DNA of 64,000 nt from NCBI GenBank assembly GCA_964016885.1, contig OZ024766.1, forward strand, positions 16,802,001-16,866,000, given 5' to 3'. The translations under genes and the position numbers were made by a program. Of this stretch, positions 40,986 through 51,577 are shown one piece after another; the first letter of the stretch is position 1, and each line of letters starts with the position of its first letter. This DNA comes from Eledone cirrhosa (taxonomy: Eukaryota). The notes under the pieces are model-generated. The model was given only the letters and a program-made list of their open reading frames with translations, had not been told where the DNA came from and did no database searches.

Positions 40986-41589
40986 CCCATTGAATTCCAG
41001 CAATGAATAGCAATGCGGGATGCCAGAGCCAGAAGAAATTGAGGTAACACAATCAGTTTTTCAGGAGACAAACCATGATATTGAAGTGTTGCGTAAGTTT
41101 GTGGATGAAAATAAACCTTGACTGGTGGATGACCAGAAATATGCCTACCACAACATCTTGAAAAACATTCAACATGACAGCACCCAGCACTCACTGTAAA
41201 TGAGGTTGGCGTTAGGAAGGGCATCCATCTGTAGAAATCAAGCCAGAATCAGTTCCCTCTCCACCCTTGCAAGCAGGGAGAAAGCGGACGTAAAATGATG
41301 GTAATGATGATATTCAAATGAAGTTCAGATATAAAAAAAAATAATTAAAAATAATTTATTACATCAAATAAACAAAAAATAAAATATAGACGTTTGAAAC
41401 AGTTGGAGGGACTTGTCCCTTGGTACCCCCTGAAACAAAGCCCTTGGAGACAAAGATTAGTGAAAGCTACAGTGTAAACATTTTAATACTCATCTAAACT
41501 ATAATAAAGTAAGAAGTGCAGCAGTGCGTATGGTTTATAATTTTTTATCCCATTAGTAAAATAAGTTGGATTACTTTGAATAAATAATT

Positions 41590-41711
41590 GTTTCTACTTT
41601 TGGCACAAGGCCAGCAATTACCCCAGTGAATTGCTGGTACTTTATTTTATCGACCCCGTAAGGATGAAAGGCAAAGTTAACCTCGGTGGGATTTGAACTC
41701 TGACTGACAAA
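41590..41711 (-). mobile_element. 5'-truncated tRNA-derived SINE with 17-bp target-site duplication
   Basis: Same family as 8486-8662; actttgaataaataatt at 41573-41589 and 41712-41728. Confidence 0.88.
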
Positions 41712-41862
41712 ACTTTGAATAAATAATTAACAAATATTACATAATTTATCTCTTGTGGCTGTTCATTAAATATATTTTGTTTATTTAAAGATTCACTTCT
41801 TTAAAATTTTCAAATGTCAACACTTCTGATGGCCATCGCTTAAATAAACATACCAATTTTCC

Positions 41863-44805
41863 TAAAGGCTTTACCTCACATAACATTTACATTACTCTAT
41901 ATATACTATTGTATTGTCACAGTAAAGGCTTTACCTCACATAATATCTCACATAACATTTACATTACTCTATATATACTATTGTATTGTCACAGTAAAGG
42001 CTTTACCTCACATAATACCTCACATAACATTTACATTACTCTATATATACTATTGTATTGTCACAGTAAAGGCTTTACCTCACATAACATTTACATTACT
42101 CTATATATACTATTGTATTGTCACAGTAAAGGCTTTACCTCACATAATATCTCACATAACATTTACATTACTCTATATATACTATTGTATTGTCACAGTA
42201 AAGGCTTTACCTCACATAATATCTCACATAACATTTACATTACTCTATATATACTATTGTATTGTCACAGTAAAGGCTTTACCTCTATAACATTTACATT
42301 ACTCTATATATACTATTGTATTGTCACAGTAAAGGCTTTACCTCATAACATTTACATTACTCTATATATACTATTGTATTGTCACAGTAAAGGCTTTACC
42401 TTACATAATATCTCACATAACATTTACATTACTCTATATATACTATTGTAGTGTCACAGTAAAGGCTTTACCTCACATAATATCTCACATCCCATTTACA
42501 TTACTCTATATATACTATTGTATTGTCACAGTAAAGGCTTTACCTCACATAACATTTACATTACTCTATATATACTATTGTATTGTCACAGTAAAGGCTT
42601 TACCTCACATAATATCTCACATAACATTTACATTACTCTATATATACTATTGTATTGTCACAGTAAAGGCTTTACCTCACATAATATCTCACATAACATT
42701 TACATTACTCTATATATACTATTGTATTGTCACAGTAAAGGCTTTACCTCACATAACATTTACATTACTCTATATATACTATTGTATTGTCACAGTAAAG
42801 GCTTTACCTCATAACATTTACATTACTCTATATATACTATTGTATTGTCACAGTAAAGGCTTTACCTTACATAATATCTCACATAACATTTACATTACTC
42901 TATATATACTATTGTATTGTCACAGTAAAGGCTTTACCTCACATAATAGCTCACATAACATTTACATTACTCTATATATACTATTGTATTGTCACAGTAA
43001 AGGCTTTACCTCACATAACATTTACATTACTCTATATATACTATTGTATTGTCACAGTAAAGGCTTTACCTCACATAATATCTCACATAACATTTACATT
43101 ACTCTATATATACTATTGTATTGTCACAGTAAAGGCTTTACCTCACATAATATCTCACATAACATTTACATTACTCTATATATACTATTGTATTGTCACA
43201 GTAAAGGCTTTACCTCACATAACATTTACATTACTCTATATATACTATTGTATTGTCACAGTAAAGGCTTTACCTTACATAATATCTCACATAACATTTA
43301 CATTACTCTATATATACTATTGTATTGTCACAGTAAAGGCTTTACCTCACATAATAGCTCACATAACATTTACATTACTCTATATATACTATTGTATTGT
43401 CACAGTAAAGGCTTTACCTCACATAACATTTACATTACTCTATATATACTATTGTATTGTCACAGTAAAGGCTTTACCTTACATAATATCTCACATAACA
43501 TTTACATTACTCTATATATACTATTGTATTGTCACAGTAAAGGCTTTACCTCACATAATATCTCACATAACATTTACATTACTCTATATATACTATTGTA
43601 TTGTCACAGTAAAGGCTTTACCTCACATAATATCTCACATAACATTTACATTACTCTATATATACTATTGTATTGTCACAGTAAAGGCTTTACCTCACAT
43701 AATACCTCACATAACATTTACATTACTCTATATATACTATTGTATTGTCACAGTAAAGGCTTTACCTCACATAATACCTCACATAACATTTACATTACTC
43801 TATATATACTATTGTATTGTCGCAGTAAAGGCTTTACCTCACATAATATCTCACATAACATTTACATTACTCTATATATACTATTGTATTGTCACAGTAA
43901 AGGCTTTACCTCACATAATATCTCAAATAACATTTACATTACTCTATATATACTATTGTATTGTCACAGTAAAGGCTTTACCTCACATAATATCTCACAT
44001 AACATTTACATTACTCTATATATACTATTGTATTGTCACAGTAAAGGCTTTACCTCACATAATATCTCACATAACATTTACATTACTCTATATATACTAT
44101 TGTATTGTCACAGTAAAGGCTTTACCTCACATAACATTTACATTACTCTATATATACTATTGTATTGTCACAGTAAAGGCTTTACCTCATAACATTTACA
44201 TTACTCTATATATACTATTGTATTGTCACAGTAAAGGCTTTACCTTACATAATATCTCACATAACATTTACATTACTCTATATATACTATTGTATTGTCA
44301 CAGTAAAGGCTTTACCTCACATAATAGCTCACATAACATTTACATTACTCTATATATACTATTGTATTGTCACAGTAAAGGCTTTACCTCACATAACATT
44401 TACATTACTCTATATATACTATTGTATTGTCACAGTAAAGGCTTTACCTCACATAATATCTCACATAACATTTACATTACTCTATATATACTATTGTATT
44501 GTCACAGTAAAGGCTTTACCTCACATAATATCTCACATAACATTTACATTACTCTATATATACTACTGTATTGTCACAGTAAAGGCTTTACCTCACATAA
44601 TATCTCACATAACACTTACATTACTCTATATATACTATTATATTTTCATGGTAAAGGCTTTACCTCACATAATATCGAATCTATGAGATTTTGAAAGTAT
44701 TTATTTTAAGAACAATGCCTTAACATCAGTATGAGTGGCTAGTTACAGCCAGTTTCAACAGAAAAAGGTAGAGAAATCTGGCCAGTTTGAACATTAAAGA
44801 ATTAA
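41863..44805 (+). mobile_element. piggyBac-like non-autonomous element with expanded 72/60-bp satellite (~40 units, 41863-44672); left TIR not seen
   Basis: Unit catttacattactctatatatactattgtattgtcacagtaaaggctttacctcacataa(tatctcacataa); followed by the same unique ~135-bp tail as 51062-51208 and 60969-61107. Confidence 0.8.
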
Positions 44806-44848
44806 AACACTGCTTCAGGTAAAATATTTTACACTTGGCACACATAGC

Positions 44849-47350
44849 TCAATGTTCATGTTTTTCCCAAACATGTTTTCTTTTGTGTATAGTTAAATAA
44901 CTGTTTGTGACAAATGACTTTCCACATGTTACACAATGATAGGGTTTCTTGCCAGTGTGGTTATGCATGTGCACCTGTAGATGGTGGTTCTGGGTGAAAC
45001 CCTTTTTACATATTTCACAACGATAAGGTTTTTCTCCAGTATGTGTTCTTTTGTGGACAAACAAATGAGTACTTCTTACAAAGGATTTGCCACATGTTTC
45101 ACAGTGATAGGGTTTCTCTCCAGTGTGTGTTCTGATATGTACAGTTAAATCATTACTAGTGCGAAAAAATTTCTCACATATTTCACAGTGGTATAGTTTG
45201 TCTTCAGTGTGAATTCTTTTGTGAAGAGTTAAATAACTGCTTTTGATAAACGATTTCCCACATGTTTCACAGTGGAAGGGCGTCTCTCCAGTGTGTGTTC
45301 TTTTGTGTACAGTTAAATCACTGTTACTGGCATAAGATTTCCCACATGTTTCACATTGAAAGCATTTTTCTCCCCTGTGTGTTTTTTTGTGAACTAATAA
45401 ATCATCATTTGCACTAAATGTTTTCCCACATGTTTCGCAGTGGAAATGTTCATCTTTATTATGACTACGGAGGTGCTTAATAAGGCTGGAATTCTGAGTG
45501 AAACATTGCCCACAAATTTCACAGTGGAAGGGTTTCTCTCCAGTGTGTGTTTTTTTATGTCCAGTTAACCGACTTGCAGTGACAAAGGACTTTCCACATA
45601 TTTCACAATGAAAGGGTTTCTCTCCAGTGTGTGATCTCTTGTGAACTAAAAGACTGTAACTTAAGGTGAAACATTTCCCACATATTTCACAATGGAAAGG
45701 TCTCTTACCAGTATGTATTTTTTTATGTTCAGTTAACCGACTGGTAGAGACAAATGATTTCCCACATATTTCACAAGGGAAGGGTCTCTTTCCAGTATGT
45801 ATTTTTTTATGCTCAGTCAATCGGCTGGTAGCGACAAAAGATTGTCCACATATTTCACAGTGAAACGGTTTCTCTCCAGTGTGTGACCTCTTGTGGATTA
45901 AAAGACTGTAACTTAAAGTGAAATATTTGCCACATATTTCACAATGATAGGGTTTCTCTCCCGTGTGACTTCGAATATGTCTAACAAGGCTGATTTCTAG
46001 AGTGAAAGATTTCCCACATATTTCACAGTGAAAGCTTTTCTTCCCAGTGTGTGTGTTTTTGTGAGTGGATAGTTCATCTTTCGAAGAGAAAGTTTTCTTA
46101 CAAATTTCACAGCTATATTCAGGAATATTTCTATGTAATGATCCTTCTTCAGTACATCTTTCACTAGGAAAAGTTTTCTTCCCAGTATGTATTTTTTTAT
46201 GCTCAGTCAATCGGCTGGTAGCGACAAAAGATTTCCCACATATCTCACAATGAAACGGTTTCTCTCCAGTGTGTGACCTCTTGTGGATTAAAAGACTGTA
46301 ACTTACAGAGAAAGATTTCCCACATATTTCACAATGATAGGGTTTTTCCCCCGTGTGACTTCGAATATGTCGAACAAGGCTGACATTCCGAGTGAAAGAT
46401 TTCCTACATATTTCACAATGGAAGGATTTCTTCCCAGTGTGTGTGTTTGCGTGAGTGGATAGTTCATCTTCAGACAGGAAAGTTTTTCTACAAATCTCAC
46501 AGCTATATTCAGGAATATTTCTGTGTAATGATCCTTCTTCAGTACATCTTTCACTAGGAAAAGGTTTCTCACCACTGTATGTCTGTGCAACTGTATCTAT
46601 ATTAGTAGAAACAGGTGTGGTAGAAATGTCCAACTGTTTAACGTCACTGTATGTCTGTGTAACTGTATCTATATTAGTAGAAACAGGTGTGGTAGAAATG
46701 TCCAACGGTTTAACGTCACTGTATGTCTGTATAACTGTATCTATATTAGTAGAAACAGGTGTGGTAGAAATGTCCAACGGTTTAACGTCACTGTATGTCT
46801 GTATAACTGTATCTATATTAGTAGAAACAGGTGAGTTAGAAATGTCCAACTGTTTAACACCACTGTATGTCTGTGTAACTGTATCTATATTAGTAGAAAC
46901 AGGTGTGTTAGAAATGTCCAACTGTTTAACACCACTGTATGTCTGTATAACTGTATCTATATTAGTAGAAACAGGTGAGTTAGAAATGTCCAACTGTTTA
47001 ACACCACTGTATGTCTGTATAACTGTATCTATATTAGTAGAAACAGGTGTGTTAGAAATGTCCAACGGTTTAACACCACTGTATGTCTGTGTAACTGTAT
47101 CTATATTAGTAGAAACAGGTGTGTTAGAAATGTCCAACTGTTTAACACCACTGTATGTCTGTATAACTGTATCTATATTAGTAGAAACAGGTGTGTTAGA
47201 AATGTCCAACGGTTTAACACCACTGTAAGTCTGTGTAACTGTATCTATATTAGTAGAAACAGGTGTGGTAGAAATGTCCAACGGTTTAACGTCACCTATA
47301 TTAGTAGAAACAGGTGAATTAGAAATGTCCAACGGTTTAACGTCCTCCAT
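44849..47350 (-). CDS. C2H2 zinc-finger protein, 833 aa, 19 fingers, with N-terminal 24-aa Ser/Thr-rich tandem repeats
   Basis: 2.5-kb intact ORF; CEICGKSF..HTGEKPF fingers; ten VK(P/Q)LDISxxPVSTNIDTVxQTYS(G/D) repeats; true start could lie in an upstream exon. Confidence 0.9.
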   Translation of the reverse strand: MEDVKPLDISNSPVSTNIGDVKPLDISTTPVSTNIDTVTQTYSGVKPLDISNTPVSTNIDTVIQTYSGVKQLDISNTPVSTNIDTVTQTYSGVKPLDISNTPVSTNIDTVIQTYSGVKQLDISNSPVSTNIDTVIQTYSGVKQLDISNTPVSTNIDTVTQTYSGVKQLDISNSPVSTNIDTVIQTYSDVKPLDISTTPVSTNIDTVIQTYSDVKPLDISTTPVSTNIDTVTQTYSDVKQLDISTTPVSTNIDTVAQTYSGEKPFPSERCTEEGSLHRNIPEYSCEICRKTFLSEDELSTHANTHTGKKSFHCEICRKSFTRNVSLVRHIRSHTGEKPYHCEICGKSFSVSYSLLIHKRSHTGEKPFHCEICGKSFVATSRLTEHKKIHTGKKTFPSERCTEEGSLHRNIPEYSCEICKKTFSSKDELSTHKNTHTGKKSFHCEICGKSFTLEISLVRHIRSHTGEKPYHCEICGKYFTLSYSLLIHKRSHTGEKPFHCEICGQSFVATSRLTEHKKIHTGKRPFPCEICGKSFVSTSRLTEHKKIHTGKRPFHCEICGKCFTLSYSLLVHKRSHTGEKPFHCEICGKSFVTASRLTGHKKTHTGEKPFHCEICGQCFTQNSSLIKHLRSHNKDEHFHCETCGKTFSANDDLLVHKKTHRGEKCFQCETCGKSYASNSDLTVHKRTHTGETPFHCETCGKSFIKSSYLTLHKRIHTEDKLYHCEICEKFFRTSNDLTVHIRTHTGEKPYHCETCGKSFVRSTHLFVHKRTHTGEKPYRCEICKKGFTQNHHLQVHMHNHTGKKPYHCVTCGKSFVTNSYLTIHKRKHVWEKHEH

Positions 47351-47383
47351 AGTAATTCTTGAAGAATTATTAAAATTTGAGAA

Positions 47384-47440
47384 TTGATATTACAGTTTGT
47401 TTATATATATATGTATGTTTGTATATATGTATGTATGTGC

Positions 47441-47473
<33 letters not shown>

Positions 47474-47610
47474 AACAAGTATGACCCCGACGGCAGAGCT
47501 CAAGCCGTTTCGACGGCTAATTCTGGACCAATATATATATATATATTGATATTACAGTTTGTTTATATATATGTGTTTGTATATATATATATATATATAT
47601 GTATGTGCAG

Positions 47611-47655
<45 letters not shown>

Positions 47656-47890
47656 ATATATATAGGAACAAGTATGACCCCGACGGCAGAGCTCAAGCCG
47701 TTTCGACGGCTAATTCTGGACCTATATATATATATTGATATTACAGTTTGTTTGTATATATGTATGTTTGTATATATATATATATGTGTGCAGATATGCA
47801 GATATATATATATATAATATATATATATAGGAACAAGTATGACCCCGATGGCAGAGCTCAAGCCGTTTCGACGGCTAATTCTGGACCTAT
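47384..47890. repeat. Three tandem ~170-190-bp units of (TA)n plus a half-copy of the 4982-5104 hairpin family
   Basis: ttgatattacagtttgttt..(TA)n..ggaacaagtatgaccccgacggcagagctcaagccgtttcgacggctaattctggacc x3. Confidence 0.85.
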
Positions 47891-47953
47891 ATATATATAT
47901 TTTCCTGGACTTTTCCGACAGAATTACTTCATTTACACACACATATATATATA

Positions 47954-47990
<37 letters not shown>

Positions 47991-48435
47991 GTGCCAAAAA
48001 TTGATTAAATTAGTTAATATGCGTTTAAGTCCTAATAAAACCACGGAGTGTAGAAAAGTACACAATATCTGCTGTGTTAACAATACAAATAATACGTACT
48101 TTATATTTCAAGTCCAAGTGTAAAGTCAAGAAAGACCAGGAAAGGCTAATTGTTCAAATGTTGGTGCTTTAAACCAATTATCTCATTGCCCTGTAAAATG
48201 TGGAGCAACCAATTAACGATGTGGCGTAGTTTCTCATTAAATGAAATATTTAATCATGTAGGAGATGGAGCACCTACCCTGGAACATGTAGCTCACTCTA
48301 GGTTATGTTATGTTATCTACAAAATAGTAACATTCACCTTTACACGAGATAATTAATATATTTACTGCGGTCCTATAATTGTAATTAACAAACACTAAAA
48401 TCTACTGATATACCGATATACAATCTGTGTATGTG

Positions 48436-48467
<32 letters not shown>

Positions 48468-48547
48468 ACAATAAGAGATTAACAGGATTAGCATAAGGTT
48501 TACCTGTGTGTGTGTATATATATATATATATATACGTACACAGATTG

Positions 48548-48593
48548 TATTGTTAAGTGAAAGACAGGGCCGCAGTAAATATTATACATCTGC

Positions 48594-48631
<38 letters not shown>

Positions 48632-48667
48632 CAATAAGAGGTTAACAGGATTAGCATAAGGTTTACC

Positions 48668-48701
<34 letters not shown>

Positions 48702-48751
48702 CATGCAGATGTATAATATTTACTGCGGCCCTGTCTTTCACTTAACAATAC
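48548..48751. repeat. Inverted repeat (~50-bp arms) around (TA)n and a duplicated ~45-bp insert
   Basis: gtattgttaagtgaaagacagggccgcagtaaatattatacatctgcatgta and its reverse complement; acaataagag..ggattagcataaggtttacctgtgtg at ~48468 and ~48631. Confidence 0.85.
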
Positions 48752-49159
48752 CGTTTATAGCACAACACCGGTATTCACTGCGGTACGGTTATCCCGCACC
48801 ACTTTACCACAATAATACAACCGTTGCCATATCATATATATATATATATGTGTGTGTGTGTATAGTTGTACCCTGGTATTCGCGGCGGTTACGTCGCTAG
48901 AGAAACCGCGAATATTAGACGTGGTCCATAAAATGTCTATAAACGTCAAAATATAATTTTAAAAAAAAAAAAAAGAGAAAGAGCGTCTCATGCGAAGGGG
49001 CGCCCAATAGACCGGCATATAGAGTTTTAAAAAATATATATATATTGCCACGAAAATAAATTGTAGAAGATATTTACAATTCCGCGAATATGCGGTGGTT
49101 TCCACGCACGAACAACTATTAGTTAGGTTCTACGGAAAATTCAGCGAATGTCAGGGGTA

Positions 49160-49196
<37 letters not shown>

Positions 49197-49199
<3 letters not shown>

Positions 49200-49543
49200 G
49201 ATATTAAACAAATGGAAACTATATTTATAAAACCATATTTATTTCATGGATACCATATTAAAAATATGGCATGCCTTCTTCAGATAAAATACAATATATA
49301 AGCAGTTTTATAAATAAATTTGACGTACCATAAAATATTTAAACTTCCATTTAAAAAAACCAACTTTTTTAAATGGAAGTTTCAATATTTTATGGTACGT
49401 CAAATTTATTTATAAAACTGCTTATATATTGTATTTTATCTGAAGAAGGCATGCCATATTTTTAATATGGTATCGCTGAAATATGTATAATGAAATAAAT
49501 ATGGTTTTATAAATATAGTTTCCATTTGTTTAATATCGTATAT
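49197..49543. repeat. ~345-bp palindrome (inverted duplication of a hammerhead-bearing element)
   Basis: Arms reverse-complementary around ~49361; left arm lacks ~15 bp. Confidence 0.92.
49432..49497 (+). ncRNA. Type I hammerhead ribozyme fold
   Basis: TATTTTAT-CTGAAGA-stem II (AGGCATGCCATATT/AATATGGTATCGCT)-GAAA-TATGTA-TA-ATGAAATA. Confidence 0.7.
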
Positions 49544-49643
49544 CTACTCCAAAACTTGTTGAGTGCTTTATATCAGTTATAAAATATTTACTCGTTGTAA
49601 CCCAACAATTTTAAATAAAACTTTTGCATATATATATATATAT

Positions 49644-49969
49644 ATATTGTTATACTTTGGGAGGGTCATGTTGCCAATAAGAAACACACGCACCCCTAAA
49701 TTTCACTTCAATTTATTATAACAAATTCATAAATTTAGGTATTTATAAATTTCCGGTTGGTTGGCTGGTTCCACAACCAGATGGTTGTTTATATATTGTC
49801 AAAGTTCTTTCGTCACACATTCTGTGACCTCTTCAGTGACTGGGGATTCTTTTCTTTGTTTTTGTGCCTCTCCTTTGTTCTGTCCTACGCCATCTTGTTT
49901 CTGTGTGTGAAAGCAACTGGTGCGTGTGTTTCTTATTAGCAGCATGACCCTCCCAAAGTATAACAATAT
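49644..49969. mobile_element. Element with ~51-bp terminal inverted repeats next to (TA)n
   Basis: atattgttatactttgggagggtcatgttgccaataagaaacacacgcacc (49644-49694) versus its reverse complement at 49919-49969. Confidence 0.8.
49798..49840 (-). ncRNA. Minimal type I hammerhead ribozyme fold
   Basis: GTCA-CTGAAGA-G-GTCACA gaatg TGTGAC-GAAA-GAAC-TT-TGAC. Confidence 0.62.
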
Positions 49970-50023
49970 CGGTTTCAACACACGTTTTCAGATAAAGAAT
50001 CTTGCTAAACAAATTCAGAAACG

Positions 50024-50068
<45 letters not shown>

Positions 50069-50090
50069 GTATAAAAATCAATACAATATA

Positions 50091-50168
50091 ATTACCTCAT
50101 TACCAGAGGTTTCCCGAATGAGGCGAATACGAAATAAACGACTTCATTCGTTCGTCAGACGAGGCAAT
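50091..50168 (-). ncRNA. Type I hammerhead ribozyme fold
   Basis: ATTGCCTCGT-CTGACGA-stem II (CGAATGA/TCATTCG)-GAAA-CC tct GG-TA-ATGAGGTAAT; 10-bp stem I with two G:U pairs, GUA site. Confidence 0.78.
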
Positions 50169-50495
50169 ATAAAACATGGGCAAATACTTAGAAAAACACA
50201 TCAAGAAAATCAAAAAAAGATATTTCTATGACCTTTTCTGTTTCCAACGGAAATTTCAATACCTATATATATATATATATATATAAAATATTAAAAAGAT
50301 AATGAATAAAACAATGAAACAGTTCCTTATATTAAACAAAAAAAGTTCATTATTTTACGATCGTTTCTAGGACATATATGTGTTAGAATTGGCATGCATA
50401 TTCAGATTGGACACTACCGTAAACTCTTGGTAGATTTATCTACATATATATATATATATAATATAAGATCAAAAGATGGTTAAAAGAGTTCCAAG

Positions 50496-50566
50496 TATTT
50501 TATTATGCGCATTTCAAAAACAAATATCATCATGGGATGATATCTGCGTTCTCATCAGATAAAATA
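50496..50566 (-). ncRNA. Type I hammerhead ribozyme fold
   Basis: TATTTTAT-CTGATGA-stem II (GAACGCAGATATCATC ccat GATGATATTTGTTTTT)-GAAA-TGCGCA-TA-ATAAAATA; 8-bp stem I, palindromic stem III. Confidence 0.78.
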
Positions 50567-50621
50567 GGGATACATGATATGAAGCTTAGAAAACACTTTG
50601 TGAATAGTGAAGTTTTAAATC

Positions 50622-51208
50622 AACATAACATTTACATTACTCTATAAAAATCACATAACATTTACATTACTCTATATATACTATTGTATTGTCACAGTAA
50701 AGGCTTTACCTCACATAATATCTCACATAACATTTACATTACTCTATATATACTATTGTATTGTCACAGTAAAGGCTTTACCTCACATAATACCTCACAT
50801 AACATTTACATTACTCTATATATACTATTGTATTGTCACAGTAAAGGCTTTACCTCACATAATATCTCACATAACATTACTCTATATATACTATTGTATT
50901 TTCACAGTAAAGGCTTTACCTCACATAACATTCACATTACTCTATATATACTATTGTATTTTCATGGTAAAGGCTTTACCTCACATAATATCTCACATAA
51001 CATTCACATTACTCTATATATACTATTGTATTTTCATGGTAAAGGCTTTACCTCACATAATATCGAATCTATGAGATTTTGAAAGTATCTATTTTGAGAA
51101 CAATACCTTAACATCTGTATGAGCGGCCAGTTACAGCCAGTTTCAACAGAAAGAGGTAGAGAAAGAATTCTGGCCGTTTTGGGCCGGTTTTTAACATTAA
51201 AGGGTTAA
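50622..51208 (+). mobile_element. Second copy of the satellite-bearing piggyBac-like element (~6 units), ending AAAGGG-TTAA
   Basis: Same 72/60-bp unit and unique tail; cattaaagggttaa at 51195-51208. Confidence 0.82.
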
Positions 51209-51273
51209 CAATATTCACTGCGGTATAGCAGTTGCACTCAACTCAACTCGATCCACCACTCCACTCCACTCCA

Positions 51274-51285
51274 CAAGATGGCGGC
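51274..51285 (+). promoter_or_regulatory. YY1-type motif CAAGATGGCGGC overlapping the start codon
   Basis: Exact match to the YY1 consensus often found at start codons of broadly expressed animal genes. Confidence 0.5.
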
Positions 51286-51434
51286 AACGTCGATACTTGG
51301 TCGTTTCTTTACCAAACTAAAACGTTGTATAGTTTGGTCTTGGACATATTTATGGACCATGTGGTTTGTGCTGCTGGCCTTCCTTATATATATTTTGAGA
51401 GGACCTTTGAAACTTAACGAAGCCGTCTCTTATA
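51278..51434 (+). CDS. ST7: First coding exon of a suppressor of tumorigenicity 7 (ST7/ST7L) homologue
   Basis: MAATSILGRFFTKLKRCIVWSWTYLWTMWFVLLAFLIYILRGPLKLNEAVSY resembles the recalled human ST7 N-terminus (LKSCIVWSWTYLWTVWFFIVLFLVYILRVPLKIN); ends at phase-1 donor A|GTGAGT; no downstream exon recognised in the window. Confidence 0.92.
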
Positions 51435-51454
51435 GTGAGTGACACTCTATGTAA

Positions 51455-51507
51455 ACTATACATACATACACACACACACATATATATGTATGTGTGTGTG
51501 TGTTGTT

Positions 51508-51538
<31 letters not shown>

Positions 51539-51545
51539 GTGTTGT

Positions 51546-51577
<32 letters not shown>

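Larger units (their letters stand above)
1..41300. repeat. Tandem segmental-duplication array of ~9.2-10.2 kb ZNF cassettes (4 complete periods plus a partial one; continues left of window)
   Basis: gtgttgttagttgttactaaacaacc recurs at 1, 9375, 18539, 28581, 38735; the same ORF set recurs in each period; homology ends in a SINE tail near 41300. Confidence 0.97.

Noticed and set aside
41909-44694. YCHSKGFTSHNI.. ORFs up to 450 aa with superficial Cys/His finger look (also 50684-51082, 61108-61854)
   Set aside because: Translation of a 72/60-bp satellite, broken by 2-bp deletions, with no C2H2 spacing
50091-50100. GAG|GTAATT on the minus strand as a splice donor for the 833-aa ZNF
   Set aside because: Better explained as stem I of the 50091-50168 hammerhead; no independent exon evidence
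50350-50410. GAAA-CGATCG-TA on the minus strand as another hammerhead
   Set aside because: The upstream core reads CTGAATA rather than CTGANGA and the stems are unconvincing
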